Origin: Chlorobiota bacterium
GTDB lineage: Bacteria > Bacteroidota > Bacteroidia > Bacteroidales > VadinHA17
Reading direction: 5' to 3'
Assembly: GCA_013152085.1 (NCBI GenBank)
Contig: JAADHC010000033.1
Span: forward strand, 9,031 to 73,030
Length of the DNA stretch: 64,000 bases
Position 1 is the stretch's first letter; every line of letters begins with the position of its first letter. The translations under genes and the position numbers were made by a program. A model generated the notes under the pieces. The model searched no databases. It saw only the letters and a program-made list of their open reading frames with translations, and was not told the origin of the DNA. Below are positions 37,272 through 46,496 of this stretch, one piece after another.

Positions 37272-39056
37272 ATGGAAATAACAAGAATCTTTGACCTGCT
37301 TGAACGTCATGTTAAGCAGTACAATAAACCGGATGCACTTGCCTCGAAAGTCAACAGGGAATGGGTGAAAATAAGCTCCCGGGAATACCAGGAGAAATCC
37401 AATTTGCTGAGTTATGCATTCCTGGCCCTGGGACTACAGAAAGGTGACCGGGTGACCGTTATCACCAACAACCGGTATGAATGGAACTTTGTGGATATGG
37501 GTGCCAGTCAGATCGGGCTGATTACTGTCCCTATTTATCCTACGATCAGTGTTGAGGAATATGAATATATCCTCGGCCACGCCGAACCTACGATCATTTT
37601 TATCGCTGATAATGCGCTGATGAAGAAATTGAAACCGGTTATTGCCAAAATCCCCACCATAAAAAATACTTATACTTTTGATGAAATTGAGGGGGAGGAA
37701 ATCTGGACTGTTCTGCTCGACCTGGGTAAGCAACATGCTGATCAGTATGCTCCGGAAGTCGAAAACAGGAAGAAATCTATTCAACCCGATGATATGTTTA
37801 CAATGATTTATACATCGGGAACCACCGGTTTTCCAAAAGGGGTGATGTTATCACACCGGAATCTTGTTTCAAATTGTATTGCTACCTCAACCGTCCATCC
37901 ATTCGGTGCGGAATCAAAATGTTTAAGTTTCCTGCCCCTGAGCCATATCTACGAGCGCATGCTGAATTATCATTATCAATATAAAGGGATCAGTATCTAT
38001 TATGCCCAGAGTATGGTTACGATTATCGATGATCTGAAAGATGTAAAACCCGATCTCTTTTCAACAGTCCCCAGATTGCTTGAAAGGGTGTATGACGGGA
38101 TCCTGCAGAAGGGTAAGGACCTTTCATACCTGAAAAAACAGATTTTTTTCTGGGCCGTGAATCTTGGCCTGAAATTTAAACTTCACGGGGGAAATTCATG
38201 GTTTTACAAAATCCGTCACCGTGTTGCAGATAAGCTTATATTTTCAAAATGGAGAGAAGCATTGGGTGGCAATACCAAAGTGATCGTTTCAGGTGGTGCC
38301 GCCCTGCAGCCCAGACTGGCTACCATTTTCTGGGCTGCGGATATTAAAGTACTCGAAGGATACGGATTAACCGAAACCTCTCCGGTGATCGCGGTAAATA
38401 ATCTGGTTACCGGCCAGGTTATGGTGGGTACCGTTGGCCCGCCTATCGAAAAGGTTGAAGTAAAAATAGCAGATGATGGAGAAATCCTTTGTAAAGGACC
38501 AAATGTTATGTTGGGGTATTATAAAGCTCCCGACCTCACCAAAGAGGTGATTGATGAGGATGGCTGGTTTCATACCGGTGATATCGGCGTGATCGTTGAC
38601 AATACTTACCTGAAAATTACAGACCGGAAAAAGGAGATATTTAAACTCTCCAGCGGAAAATACGTGGCTCCGCAGGTGATTGAAAACAGGTTTAAGGAAT
38701 CCCTGTTTATCGAGCAGATTATGGTGGTTGGTGAAAATGAAAAATTCGCCAGCGCCCTGATCTCACCCAATTTTGAGTTTCTCCATAGCTGGTGTTTCCT
38801 CCATAATGTGAAGTTTAAGGACAATAAGGAATTGATTAATATTCCCAAAGTTATTGAACGTTACCAGCGTGAAGTCAATGAACTGAACAAAGGTCTGGCT
38901 TTCCATGAGCAGATCAAGCGGTTCCGTCTTGTTTGTGATGAATGGAGCCCGCAAACAGGTGAACTATCCCCAACCCTGAAACTGAAAAGAAGATTCCTTT
39001 ATAAGAAATATGATTCTATTCTGAAAGAGATCTTTTCTGCCGGCGGTGGTAAATAA
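37272..39056 (+). CDS. Long-chain fatty acid--CoA ligase (AMP-dependent synthetase), paralog 2
   Basis: AMP-binding signature (YTSGTTGFPKGVMLSH) and later blocks (GYGLTETSP, TGDIGV, KLKR). The start at 37272 (MEITRIFDLLERH) is preferred over 37215. Confidence 0.88.
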   Translation: MEITRIFDLLERHVKQYNKPDALASKVNREWVKISSREYQEKSNLLSYAFLALGLQKGDRVTVITNNRYEWNFVDMGASQIGLITVPIYPTISVEEYEYILGHAEPTIIFIADNALMKKLKPVIAKIPTIKNTYTFDEIEGEEIWTVLLDLGKQHADQYAPEVENRKKSIQPDDMFTMIYTSGTTGFPKGVMLSHRNLVSNCIATSTVHPFGAESKCLSFLPLSHIYERMLNYHYQYKGISIYYAQSMVTIIDDLKDVKPDLFSTVPRLLERVYDGILQKGKDLSYLKKQIFFWAVNLGLKFKLHGGNSWFYKIRHRVADKLIFSKWREALGGNTKVIVSGGAALQPRLATIFWAADIKVLEGYGLTETSPVIAVNNLVTGQVMVGTVGPPIEKVEVKIADDGEILCKGPNVMLGYYKAPDLTKEVIDEDGWFHTGDIGVIVDNTYLKITDRKKEIFKLSSGKYVAPQVIENRFKESLFIEQIMVVGENEKFASALISPNFEFLHSWCFLHNVKFKDNKELINIPKVIERYQREVNELNKGLAFHEQIKRFRLVCDEWSPQTGELSPTLKLKRRFLYKKYDSILKEIFSAGGGK

Positions 39057-39198
39057 TCTGAAACAGAGTGATGTAAGAAATTTATAGCTTCAATAAAGAA
39101 AAAATACCTACGTTAACTTCATAGATATTCTTTCTTTATCTCCTTGTATCCTGTTGGTATCGGTCGCCTGAAAAAGTACTTTTATGATGGAATGTCAA

Positions 39199-40659
39199 TT
39201 AAGATGATCGCTCTTTTTTGATACCCCTCCTGAGCATTAATAATCCCAGAAAAGTCAGCGTTCCGTTCAGAATCAACAGTTCGAAACCCATCTGGTATCC
39301 AAACCAGTGCCCGGCTTGTATTTTAATAAGGTAACTGATAACGGGAGAAAGTATCGCAATAACAGGGACCCATTTATCCCGTACGTTCCATTTGGTGAAA
39401 AGGCCAAAGCTATATAAACCCAGTAACGGTCCGTACGTATAACCGGCTGCTTCAAATACCGAACTGATGACACTCTGGTTGTTAATGCTTCTAAAGACAA
39501 GGATGAGTGCAATAAGAATAAGGGATATGAAAATGTGTACCCGCATTCTGATCTTTTTGACCTGTTTCTCATCTTTACCTTTCGTAGGTAAAATATCTAC
39601 GGTAAAAGAAGTGGTCAGTGCAGTTAATGCCGAGTCGGCGCTGGAATAGGCTGCGGCAATCAGGCCGAGCATGAAAAAAGCAGCAACGATTGGAGGCAGG
39701 TACCCCCGGGTGGCAATTACCGGGAAAAGTTCATCGGCTCTTTCAGGGACAGGTATTCCCTGATGGATAGCGAAAAGATAGAGCAACACACCAAGGGATA
39801 AAAACAAAAGATTTACAGGCACAAGGGTAATACTGAACCAGAACATGTTCTTTTTAGCTTCGCCGATATTTTTGCAGCTCAGGTTTTTTTGCATCATATC
39901 CTGATCAAGGCCTGTCATGACAATGGTGATAAAAGCGCCGGCAAGAAACTGTTTCCAGAAAAAACGTTTATCATGCCAGTTATCAAAAAAGAACAGGCGC
40001 GAAAAATCACTTTTCTTTACCGTGTGTATCATACCCTGGAAATCAAGCCCCATGGCTTTACTTACAAAAATTAGGGTCATGATTACCGATAGCAGCATAA
40101 AAAATGTCTGCAGGGTATCGGTCCAGATAATGGTTTTTATGCCACCGCGGAATGTGTACAACCAGATCAGCAGTATGGTAATGACAACCGTAACCCAGAA
40201 GGGAATTCCCCACGATTGAAAAATGGTGATTTGCAGTACCGTGGCCATAAGATAGAGCCTGAAAGCTGCCCCGATAGTCCGGGAGAGGAGAAAAAAGGAA
40301 GCACCTGTTTTGTACGACCGGTGCCCGAACCGTGTGTCCAGATACGTATAAATCGAAGTCAGGTTCAGCCGGTAATATAAAGGCATGAGAATATAGGCGA
40401 TGACCATGTATCCCAGCAAATAACCCAGTACCATTTGCATATAGGAGAACTGGCTCGCTGCAACCCAGCCCGGTACACTGATAAAGGTTACCCCGGAGAG
40501 TGAAGCTCCGATCATCCCGAAGGCAACAATATACCATGGTGATTTTTTGTTGCCCAGAAAGAATCCGGCGTTACTGGTCTTCCGTCCGGTGATAAGAGAA
40601 ATCCCCAATAACAGAATAAAGTAGGATACGATGAGAAAGGCTAAGGCAGTCGCATTCAT
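39199..40659 (-). CDS. Sodium:solute symporter (SSS) family transporter
   Basis: 486 aa with about 13 TM segments and an SSS-like organisation (GRKTSNAGFFLGNKKSPWY...WTDTLQ). Confidence 0.75.
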   Translation of the reverse strand: MNATALAFLIVSYFILLLGISLITGRKTSNAGFFLGNKKSPWYIVAFGMIGASLSGVTFISVPGWVAASQFSYMQMVLGYLLGYMVIAYILMPLYYRLNLTSIYTYLDTRFGHRSYKTGASFFLLSRTIGAAFRLYLMATVLQITIFQSWGIPFWVTVVITILLIWLYTFRGGIKTIIWTDTLQTFFMLLSVIMTLIFVSKAMGLDFQGMIHTVKKSDFSRLFFFDNWHDKRFFWKQFLAGAFITIVMTGLDQDMMQKNLSCKNIGEAKKNMFWFSITLVPVNLLFLSLGVLLYLFAIHQGIPVPERADELFPVIATRGYLPPIVAAFFMLGLIAAAYSSADSALTALTTSFTVDILPTKGKDEKQVKKIRMRVHIFISLILIALILVFRSINNQSVISSVFEAAGYTYGPLLGLYSFGLFTKWNVRDKWVPVIAILSPVISYLIKIQAGHWFGYQMGFELLILNGTLTFLGLLMLRRGIKKERSS

Positions 40660-40739
40660 ATTTCATTAAAAAGGGTTGCCAAGATAATGAAATTAGAATT
40701 ATTCCGGCTGTAACCGTTGTAAAAACCGGTCAGGGAATG

Positions 40740-40747
40740 TATTTTTG
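40740..40747 (+). promoter_or_regulatory. Bacteroidetes-type -7 promoter box candidate (TATTTTTG) upstream of recR
   Basis: Exact TAnnTTTG match, 14 nt upstream of the ATG at 40762. Confidence 0.3.
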
Positions 40748-40761
40748 AGAAAATTTCAGAT

Positions 40762-41388
40762 ATGCAGATTGGCAGATATTCCTCCCGATTACTTGAAAAG
40801 GCCGTTGAGGAGTTTTCATCCTTGCCCGGGATCGGCAAAAAAACAGCCCTTCGCCTGGTATTGCATTTGCTTCGCCAGGATAAAGAGGTCGTTGAACGGT
40901 TTGGTGAAACTATTCTGCGCCTGAAAAGTGAAATACAGTATTGCAAGAGTTGTAATAATATTTCGGACAATGAGATTTGTGAGATATGTGCCAATCCGGC
41001 CCGCGATCATTCGTTGATTTGCCTGGTTGAAAATCCCCAGAACGTAATGGCTATTGAAAATACCCAGCAATACAACGGCATCTATCATGTCCTCGGAGGT
41101 CTGATCTCTCCGGTGGACGGTATTGGTCCTGCAGATCTGGTAATCGAACCACTGGAAAAAAAGACCAGAAAAGGTGAGGTGAAAGAGATTATTCTGGCAC
41201 TGAATACTACCATGGAAGGAGATACCACAAATTTTTATCTCTATAAAAAGTTCTCGGAATTTGAGATTAAAATCACCACCCTGGCCCGTGGCGTATCCAT
41301 TGGCGGCGAGCTGGAATATGCCGACGAAATCACTCTGGGCAGGTCTATTAAAAACCGTACATTGTTTGTTGATACCATTCAGCTGTAA
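40762..41388 (+). CDS. recR: Recombination protein RecR
   Basis: 208 aa. It has the HhH region ([17 protein letters not shown]), a C4 zinc finger ([16 protein letters not shown]), and Toprim and Walker B-like regions ([12 protein letters not shown]). Confidence 0.95.
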   Translation: MQIGRYSSRLLEKAVEEFSSLPGIGKKTALRLVLHLLRQDKEVVERFGETILRLKSEIQYCKSCNNISDNEICEICANPARDHSLICLVENPQNVMAIENTQQYNGIYHVLGGLISPVDGIGPADLVIEPLEKKTRKGEVKEIILALNTTMEGDTTNFYLYKKFSEFEIKITTLARGVSIGGELEYADEITLGRSIKNRTLFVDTIQL

Positions 41389-41396
41389 CCTATTGG

Positions 41397-41639
41397 TTAT
41401 CTCATAAAAAACAATCTAAAACAGTCCCGGAAATTTCCCGGATTCACCTGAGATCGCCAAATTATATTGCCGGAAAAGCTATCTGGCACCATGTGGCTTT
41501 TGTTGATGAATCGATATCTTGTTGTACCGATTTCGCACACAATACCATAAGGATCAACATCTCTTATGTATCCGGAGAAGAAAATGTTAGCGGGATTCAA
41601 CGGTTGGCTGAAGTGATCCACGAAGAAATAGCTACTCAT
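41397..41639 (-). CDS. Hypothetical 80-aa protein; possibly a remnant of a VOC/glyoxalase-like fold
   Basis: This is the only ORF in a 350-bp gap. There is weak resemblance of ...GYIRDVDPYGIVCEIGT to the DPDGxxxE strand of VOC proteins. No ribosome-binding or promoter evidence was seen. Confidence 0.25.
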   Translation of the reverse strand: MSSYFFVDHFSQPLNPANIFFSGYIRDVDPYGIVCEIGTTRYRFINKSHMVPDSFSGNIIWRSQVNPGNFRDCFRLFFMR

Positions 41640-41737
41640 TTATAATTTTACATGACTGGAAAATCCTGATTTTTCTTCATACTCATCGTTTTTTATCCAC
41701 GTTGATTATCTTTACATAGCTATTCTATTTATCAGAC

Positions 41738-43705
41738 GTGGATGTTTCCGTAATTATTGTCAGTTATAATGTCAGGTATTTCCTGGAATCATGCCTCCAT
41801 TCTGTCTTCAGTGCACTGAAGACTCTCGAGGGGGAAGTGATTGTTGTAGACAACAACTCGGTGGATGGTTCTGTAACAATGGTCAGGGATAATTTTCCTC
41901 AGGTCAGCCTGATTATGAACGATGCCAATGTGGGTTTTGCCAAAGCCAATAATCAGGGGATCCGTATAGCGCAGGGACGTTATATCCTGTTGTTGAATCC
42001 GGATACACTGATTGAAGATACTACCCTGACGAAGGTTACAGCTTTTATGGATGAACATCCCGATGCCGGGGCTCTCGGGGTGAAAATGATTGACGGTAAA
42101 GGGAAATTTCTGCCCGAATCCAAACGTGCCATTCCGACGCCCGGAATAGCCTTCTTCAAGGTATTCGGACTATCGCGGCTTTTTCCCAAATCCCGGCGGT
42201 TTAACCGTTATGCACTGGGACATCTTGATCCGGATAGAACCCATATCGTAGAGGTCCTTTCCGGGGCATTTATGCTTATCAGAAAGGAAGCCCTGGAGAA
42301 AACGGGCGGACTGGACGAGGACTTCTTTATGTATGGCGAAGATATTGACCTTTCCTATCGTATCCTGAAAGCAGGATACAGGAATTATTATTTTGCCGGA
42401 ACCACTATTATACATTATAAAGGGGAAAGCACTAAAAAGGGATCCCTGAATTATGTGCTGATGTTTTACAGGGCCATGCTGAGATTTGCCGAAAAACATT
42501 TTTCCAGGTCAAAATCCAGCTGGTTGGGTTTTATTATCCGACCGGCTATTTATTTCAGGGCTGCCCTGTCGATACTCCGGCGGATCACGTTACGGCTGAC
42601 CTATCCGGTATTGGATTTTGTAATCTTCTATCTTGGATACTTGTTTCTTGTCCCTTTCTGGGAACAATATCATTTTACGGGGAGTTATAACTATCCTGAT
42701 GTATACCGGCATGTTATCATCCCGGCTTATGTCCTGCTTTGGATGGCAGGTATCGGTTTTTCCGGAGGATACATCCGCCCCGTAAAATTAAGTAGGATAA
42801 TAAAGGGATTGTTGGGGGGTACCCTGGTTATCCTGATCATGTACGCCCTGTTGCCTCTTAACCTCAGGTTCTCAAGAGCCCTGATCCTGATCGGGGCTGC
42901 CTGGACCCTCCTTTCGGGAACTTCCTACAGGTTTCTTTTGTCTTTTATCCCGGTGCCTGAATTCAGGCTGGATAAAAACAGGAAGAAAAGGGTAGTGGTG
43001 GTTGGTTCTGAAACCGAGTATCAAAGAATTAAAATGTTCCTCAGGGAGCTACCTTTTGATATCCGGATTGCCGGATTTGTATCTGCCGGCAACAATAGAA
43101 AAGACTCCTCTGCGTTGGGCTTTCTTGACGAAATGGATGAGGTAATACGTATACATGATATCCACGAAGTGATATTCTCTGCAGCCGAGGTCCCGGCTGA
43201 AAAAATTATTGCTGCCATGTCCAGGCTTTCTTCTTGGCCGGTAACCTTTAGAGTCGCTTTACCGGAAAGCAGCTTTATTCTGGGCAGTGACTCTGTCCGG
43301 TCGGCCGGTGAATTGTATCTGGTAGGAATGAACTCCATTACCCTCAAAGAAAACCTTTTCAGGAAGCGTATGACTGATTTAATCCTTTCACTGGCTTTTG
43401 TGCTTACTTTTCCCTTTATTTTCCTTTTAGTGAAAAACCCCGCTCATTTCTTGAAAAACTGTTTTAAGGTATTGTCCGGAAAATATACGTGGGTCGGGTT
43501 TTGTACTGTGGACGAAAATAGAAAAGAAGATGCTTTTTCCTCACAAATAAAACCGGGAATTATTTGTCCGTCCGGGAACCTCAGACCTCGGGGCGAAAAC
43601 TTAAGAGACCTGGTCAGCAAAGTGAATTTATCTTATGCAAGAAATTATCATCCCTGGAAAGATATCCGGATCATATTTAACCGGTTTTCAGAGCTGGGGA
43701 GCTAA
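41738..43705 (+). CDS. Family 2 glycosyltransferase fused to a WbaP-like membrane/Rossmann scaffold with a degenerate phosphoglycosyl-transferase domain
   Basis: GTG start. Residues 1-260 are GT2 (VSVIIVSYN, VVDNNSVDGS, LLLNPDT, DEDFFMYGEDIDLSYR). Residues of about 265-400 are hydrophobic helices. Residues of about 417-535 are a Rossmann-like segment (KKRVVVVGSETEY...IAGFV...IHEVIFSA). Residues 541-655 are Bac_transf-like ends only (FRKRMTDLILSLAFVLTFPFIFLLV ... VLSGKYTWVG ... IKPGII ... LSYARNYHPWKDIRIIF). Confidence 0.75.
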   Translation: MDVSVIIVSYNVRYFLESCLHSVFSALKTLEGEVIVVDNNSVDGSVTMVRDNFPQVSLIMNDANVGFAKANNQGIRIAQGRYILLLNPDTLIEDTTLTKVTAFMDEHPDAGALGVKMIDGKGKFLPESKRAIPTPGIAFFKVFGLSRLFPKSRRFNRYALGHLDPDRTHIVEVLSGAFMLIRKEALEKTGGLDEDFFMYGEDIDLSYRILKAGYRNYYFAGTTIIHYKGESTKKGSLNYVLMFYRAMLRFAEKHFSRSKSSWLGFIIRPAIYFRAALSILRRITLRLTYPVLDFVIFYLGYLFLVPFWEQYHFTGSYNYPDVYRHVIIPAYVLLWMAGIGFSGGYIRPVKLSRIIKGLLGGTLVILIMYALLPLNLRFSRALILIGAAWTLLSGTSYRFLLSFIPVPEFRLDKNRKKRVVVVGSETEYQRIKMFLRELPFDIRIAGFVSAGNNRKDSSALGFLDEMDEVIRIHDIHEVIFSAAEVPAEKIIAAMSRLSSWPVTFRVALPESSFILGSDSVRSAGELYLVGMNSITLKENLFRKRMTDLILSLAFVLTFPFIFLLVKNPAHFLKNCFKVLSGKYTWVGFCTVDENRKEDAFSSQIKPGIICPSGNLRPRGENLRDLVSKVNLSYARNYHPWKDIRIIFNRFSELGS

Positions 43706-43775
43706 CGGCTTTGTATTGCAGATTCAATTTTATGTTGTATTTTTAGGCATTATTTAGACTAAATAAGAATTAAAA

Positions 43776-45131
43776 ATGGCAAAAGTTGAAATCGTTCTCC
43801 CGTCGATGGGTGAAGGTGTTATTGAAGCAACCATAACAAAATGGCTGGTATCGGAAGGAGATCAGGTTGAGGAAGATCAATCATTGGTTGAGGTGGCTAC
43901 GGATAAAGTAGATTCTGAGATCCCTGCTCCTGAGGACGGAATAATTACACAAATCTTAATGAAAGAAGGAGAAGTTCCCAAGGTTGGTGAGGTTCTGGCA
44001 ATTCTTGAAAATGATAAGCCCGGAGAATCGCTTGACAGGCCCGAGGTATTGGCAGAGGTTGAAAAAATAAAGCTTGAGATAGCTGAAAAGGAAGAAGAAA
44101 AGGAGGAGGTAGCACGTGCGGATAAAGATTTGAAAAGCCGTACGCCCGGTGGGAAGTTTCTGTCACCCCTGGTCAGAAAAATTGCCCTGGAGGAAGGAAT
44201 TTCATATGAAGAACTCGATAATGTGCAGGGTACGGGTCATGATGGCAGACTCACCCGTGATGATATCATGGATTATCTGAAAGCCCGTAAGGAAGGGAAA
44301 CCGGCATCGGCTCCTGTGCCTGAAGCAGCGACCCCTGCAACTGTTCCTGAGGTAGCACCGGCGGCAACTACGGTTCCACCCAAAACCGCTCCGGCAGCCC
44401 CGTCAGGCATTTCTTCCGGGCCTGATGTTGAGGTGATTGAAATGGACCGTATGCGGAAAATAATTGCCGACCACATGGTGGTTTCCAAACAAACATCACC
44501 TCACGTAACTTCATTTATCGAGGCTGATGTTACCGGTCTGGTACGCTGGAGGGAAAATATCAAAGATTCATTCTTTGCACGTGAGAAACAGAAAATAACC
44601 TATACACCGGTATTCATTGAGGCTGCGGCAAAAGCCCTCCGGGATTTCCCCATGGTGAATGTTTCGGTTGACGGAACCAGGATTCTGAAAAAGAGACGGG
44701 TAAATATCGGTATGGCTACGGCACTTCCCGACGGAAACCTGATTGTCCCCGTCATAAAGGATGCCGATGAAAAGAGTCTTTTGGGGCTTGCCAAAGCTGT
44801 AAATGACCTGGCTGTTCGGGCCCGCACAGGAAAGCTACAGCCCGATGAAATTCAGGGAGGTACGTTTACCATTACTAATTTCGGGTCTTTCGATAACCTG
44901 ACCGGAACGCCGATCATCAATCAGCCCGAAGTGGCTATTCTGGGGGTTGGTGCCATCCGCAAGCAACCTGCAGTGATTGAAACATCCGACGGGGATGCCA
45001 TCGCTATCCGGCAAATTATGATCTTATCTCTTGCATACGACCACAGGGTTGTTGACGGGGCACTGGGCGGGAGGTTCCTGAAACGTGTGGCCGAATACCT
45101 TGAAGGGTTTGATACTTCAAGGAGTGTGTAA
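43776..45131 (+). CDS. 2-oxoacid dehydrogenase E2 component (dihydrolipoamide acyltransferase)
   Basis: 451 aa. It has a lipoyl domain (VEVATDKVDSEIPAP), a Pro/Ala linker, an E3-binding domain (SPLVRKIALEEGISYEEL.GTG..GRLTRDDI) and a catalytic domain with DHRVVDG. Confidence 0.92.
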   Translation: MAKVEIVLPSMGEGVIEATITKWLVSEGDQVEEDQSLVEVATDKVDSEIPAPEDGIITQILMKEGEVPKVGEVLAILENDKPGESLDRPEVLAEVEKIKLEIAEKEEEKEEVARADKDLKSRTPGGKFLSPLVRKIALEEGISYEELDNVQGTGHDGRLTRDDIMDYLKARKEGKPASAPVPEAATPATVPEVAPAATTVPPKTAPAAPSGISSGPDVEVIEMDRMRKIIADHMVVSKQTSPHVTSFIEADVTGLVRWRENIKDSFFAREKQKITYTPVFIEAAAKALRDFPMVNVSVDGTRILKKRRVNIGMATALPDGNLIVPVIKDADEKSLLGLAKAVNDLAVRARTGKLQPDEIQGGTFTITNFGSFDNLTGTPIINQPEVAILGVGAIRKQPAVIETSDGDAIAIRQIMILSLAYDHRVVDGALGGRFLKRVAEYLEGFDTSRSV

Positions 45132-45243
45132 AAGAAGATAAGAGATAAAAGTAAAAAGATTAAAGAGTGCATCTGCCGGTTTCCCATTGATACACCCATT
45201 TTGATTTTTGTCTTCTTATTTTAATCTTTGCTCTTGTTTTTAT

Positions 45244-46044
45244 TTACCAGCTTCCCCCGGCACCACCACCGCCGAAACTGCCACCACCAAAACCACCGAA
45301 ACCGCCAAAACTTCCTCCTCCTGAAGAGAAATTATTGAAATATCCCCGGTTGGAGCGGCTGGCAGAGCTGGCCAGGAAAAGGGCTGCCCAGAAAGGAAGG
45401 TTATGGCCAACACCTGCATGTCTTGCCCTCCGGAAGTTGCCGAAGAAAATAAAAAGGAGAATAAAAAAGATCAATACTCCTGCAACGGAGCCGCCGGTAT
45501 TGGCCCCGCCGGTTTTTTTCAGGTATTCATCTGCGGTATATTCCCCCCGGGTCAGTTGTATAAGCGTGGTTGTCGCTTTGTCCAGTCCTTCATAATAGGC
45601 ACCATTCCGGAAAGCGGGTAAAATGTCAACTTCAACAATCCGTTTGGCCACTGCATCCGGAACGGCTCCTTCCAGACCATAGCCTGTGGCGATAAATATC
45701 TCTCCTTTCTCATTGCCGGTTTTTGGCTTGACCAGGATCAGAATTCCGTTGTTTTTCCCTTTCTGGCCGATACCCCAGTCTTCGGCAAGCCGGAATGCAT
45801 AGTCGGATTTATCGTAACCATTCAGGGATTTGACCACGACTATGGCAATCTGTGTGGAGGTCTCACGGGCAAACTGTTCCAGCTTTTGCTCAAGCCGGGA
45901 TGATTCGTCCGGTTTTAGAAATCCGGTAAAATCATTAACCAGTCGTGGCGGATCGGGTCTGGACGGAAAATCCTGTGCCAACGAAACCGGTGATAATCCC
46001 AGAATAATAAATAAAAATAGTCCGATGCGATATCTTTTTCTCAT
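45244..46044 (-). CDS. TPM domain-containing protein (YgcG-like) with TM segment and Gly-rich C-terminal tail
   Basis: 266 aa with a signal peptide and a TPM block (VNDFTGFLKPDESSRLEQKLEQFARETSTQIAIVVV). A TM segment follows, then GGGSFGGFGGFGGGSFGGGGAGGSW. Confidence 0.8.
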   Translation of the reverse strand: MRKRYRIGLFLFIILGLSPVSLAQDFPSRPDPPRLVNDFTGFLKPDESSRLEQKLEQFARETSTQIAIVVVKSLNGYDKSDYAFRLAEDWGIGQKGKNNGILILVKPKTGNEKGEIFIATGYGLEGAVPDAVAKRIVEVDILPAFRNGAYYEGLDKATTTLIQLTRGEYTADEYLKKTGGANTGGSVAGVLIFFILLFIFFGNFRRARHAGVGHNLPFWAALFLASSASRSNRGYFNNFSSGGGSFGGFGGFGGGSFGGGGAGGSW

Positions 46045-46493
46045 TACTTTTCCTCCTGATCATTAAATGAAATATCGTCCGGCAGTTCATTAACATCATC
46101 CTGCTGGTAAGGGAAATAGGCCTGTAGTTTTTTGCCGGCCATTTTTATTCCGGCAACCAGTCCTCCGGCATAATCCCCCTCTTTAAATCGTGACAGTACC
46201 GTGTCTCTTACCTCATCCCAGAAATTGGCCGGCGTTTCTTTATTGATACCGGCATCTCCCAGGATGGCAAACTTGTGATCTTCAACGGCCAGATAAAATA
46301 AAACACCGTTACGTTTTTCTGTTTTGTGCATACCCAGTTTCTCAAAGAGATAAGCTGCCCTGTCCAGAACGTTGGATTTACAGTCTTTTTCAATATGTAC
46401 GCGGATCTCTCCCGAAGTATTCTTTTCAGCTGCGCGAATGGCTTCAAGAATATTATTCTTTTCGGTTTCTGTAAAAAAATTTGAAGGTTTCAT
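46044..46493 (-). CDS. TPM domain-containing protein (TLP18.3/Psb32/MOLO-1 phosphatase-like)
   Basis: 149 aa with IEAIRAAEKNTSGEIRVHIE...NGVLFYLAVEDHKFAILGDAGI. It overlaps the downstream TPM gene by 1 nt. Confidence 0.8.
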   Translation of the reverse strand: MKPSNFFTETEKNNILEAIRAAEKNTSGEIRVHIEKDCKSNVLDRAAYLFEKLGMHKTEKRNGVLFYLAVEDHKFAILGDAGINKETPANFWDEVRDTVLSRFKEGDYAGGLVAGIKMAGKKLQAYFPYQQDDVNELPDDISFNDQEEK

Positions 46494-46496
46494 CGT

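Noticed and set aside
45130-45243. AT-rich imperfect inverted repeat (aaagattaaa ... tttaatcttt), arms about 55 nt apart, between the convergent E2 and TPM genes.
   Set aside because: Only about 10 bp pair, the sequence is low-complexity A/T, and the loop is long. It may help termination, but it is not distinctive enough to call.
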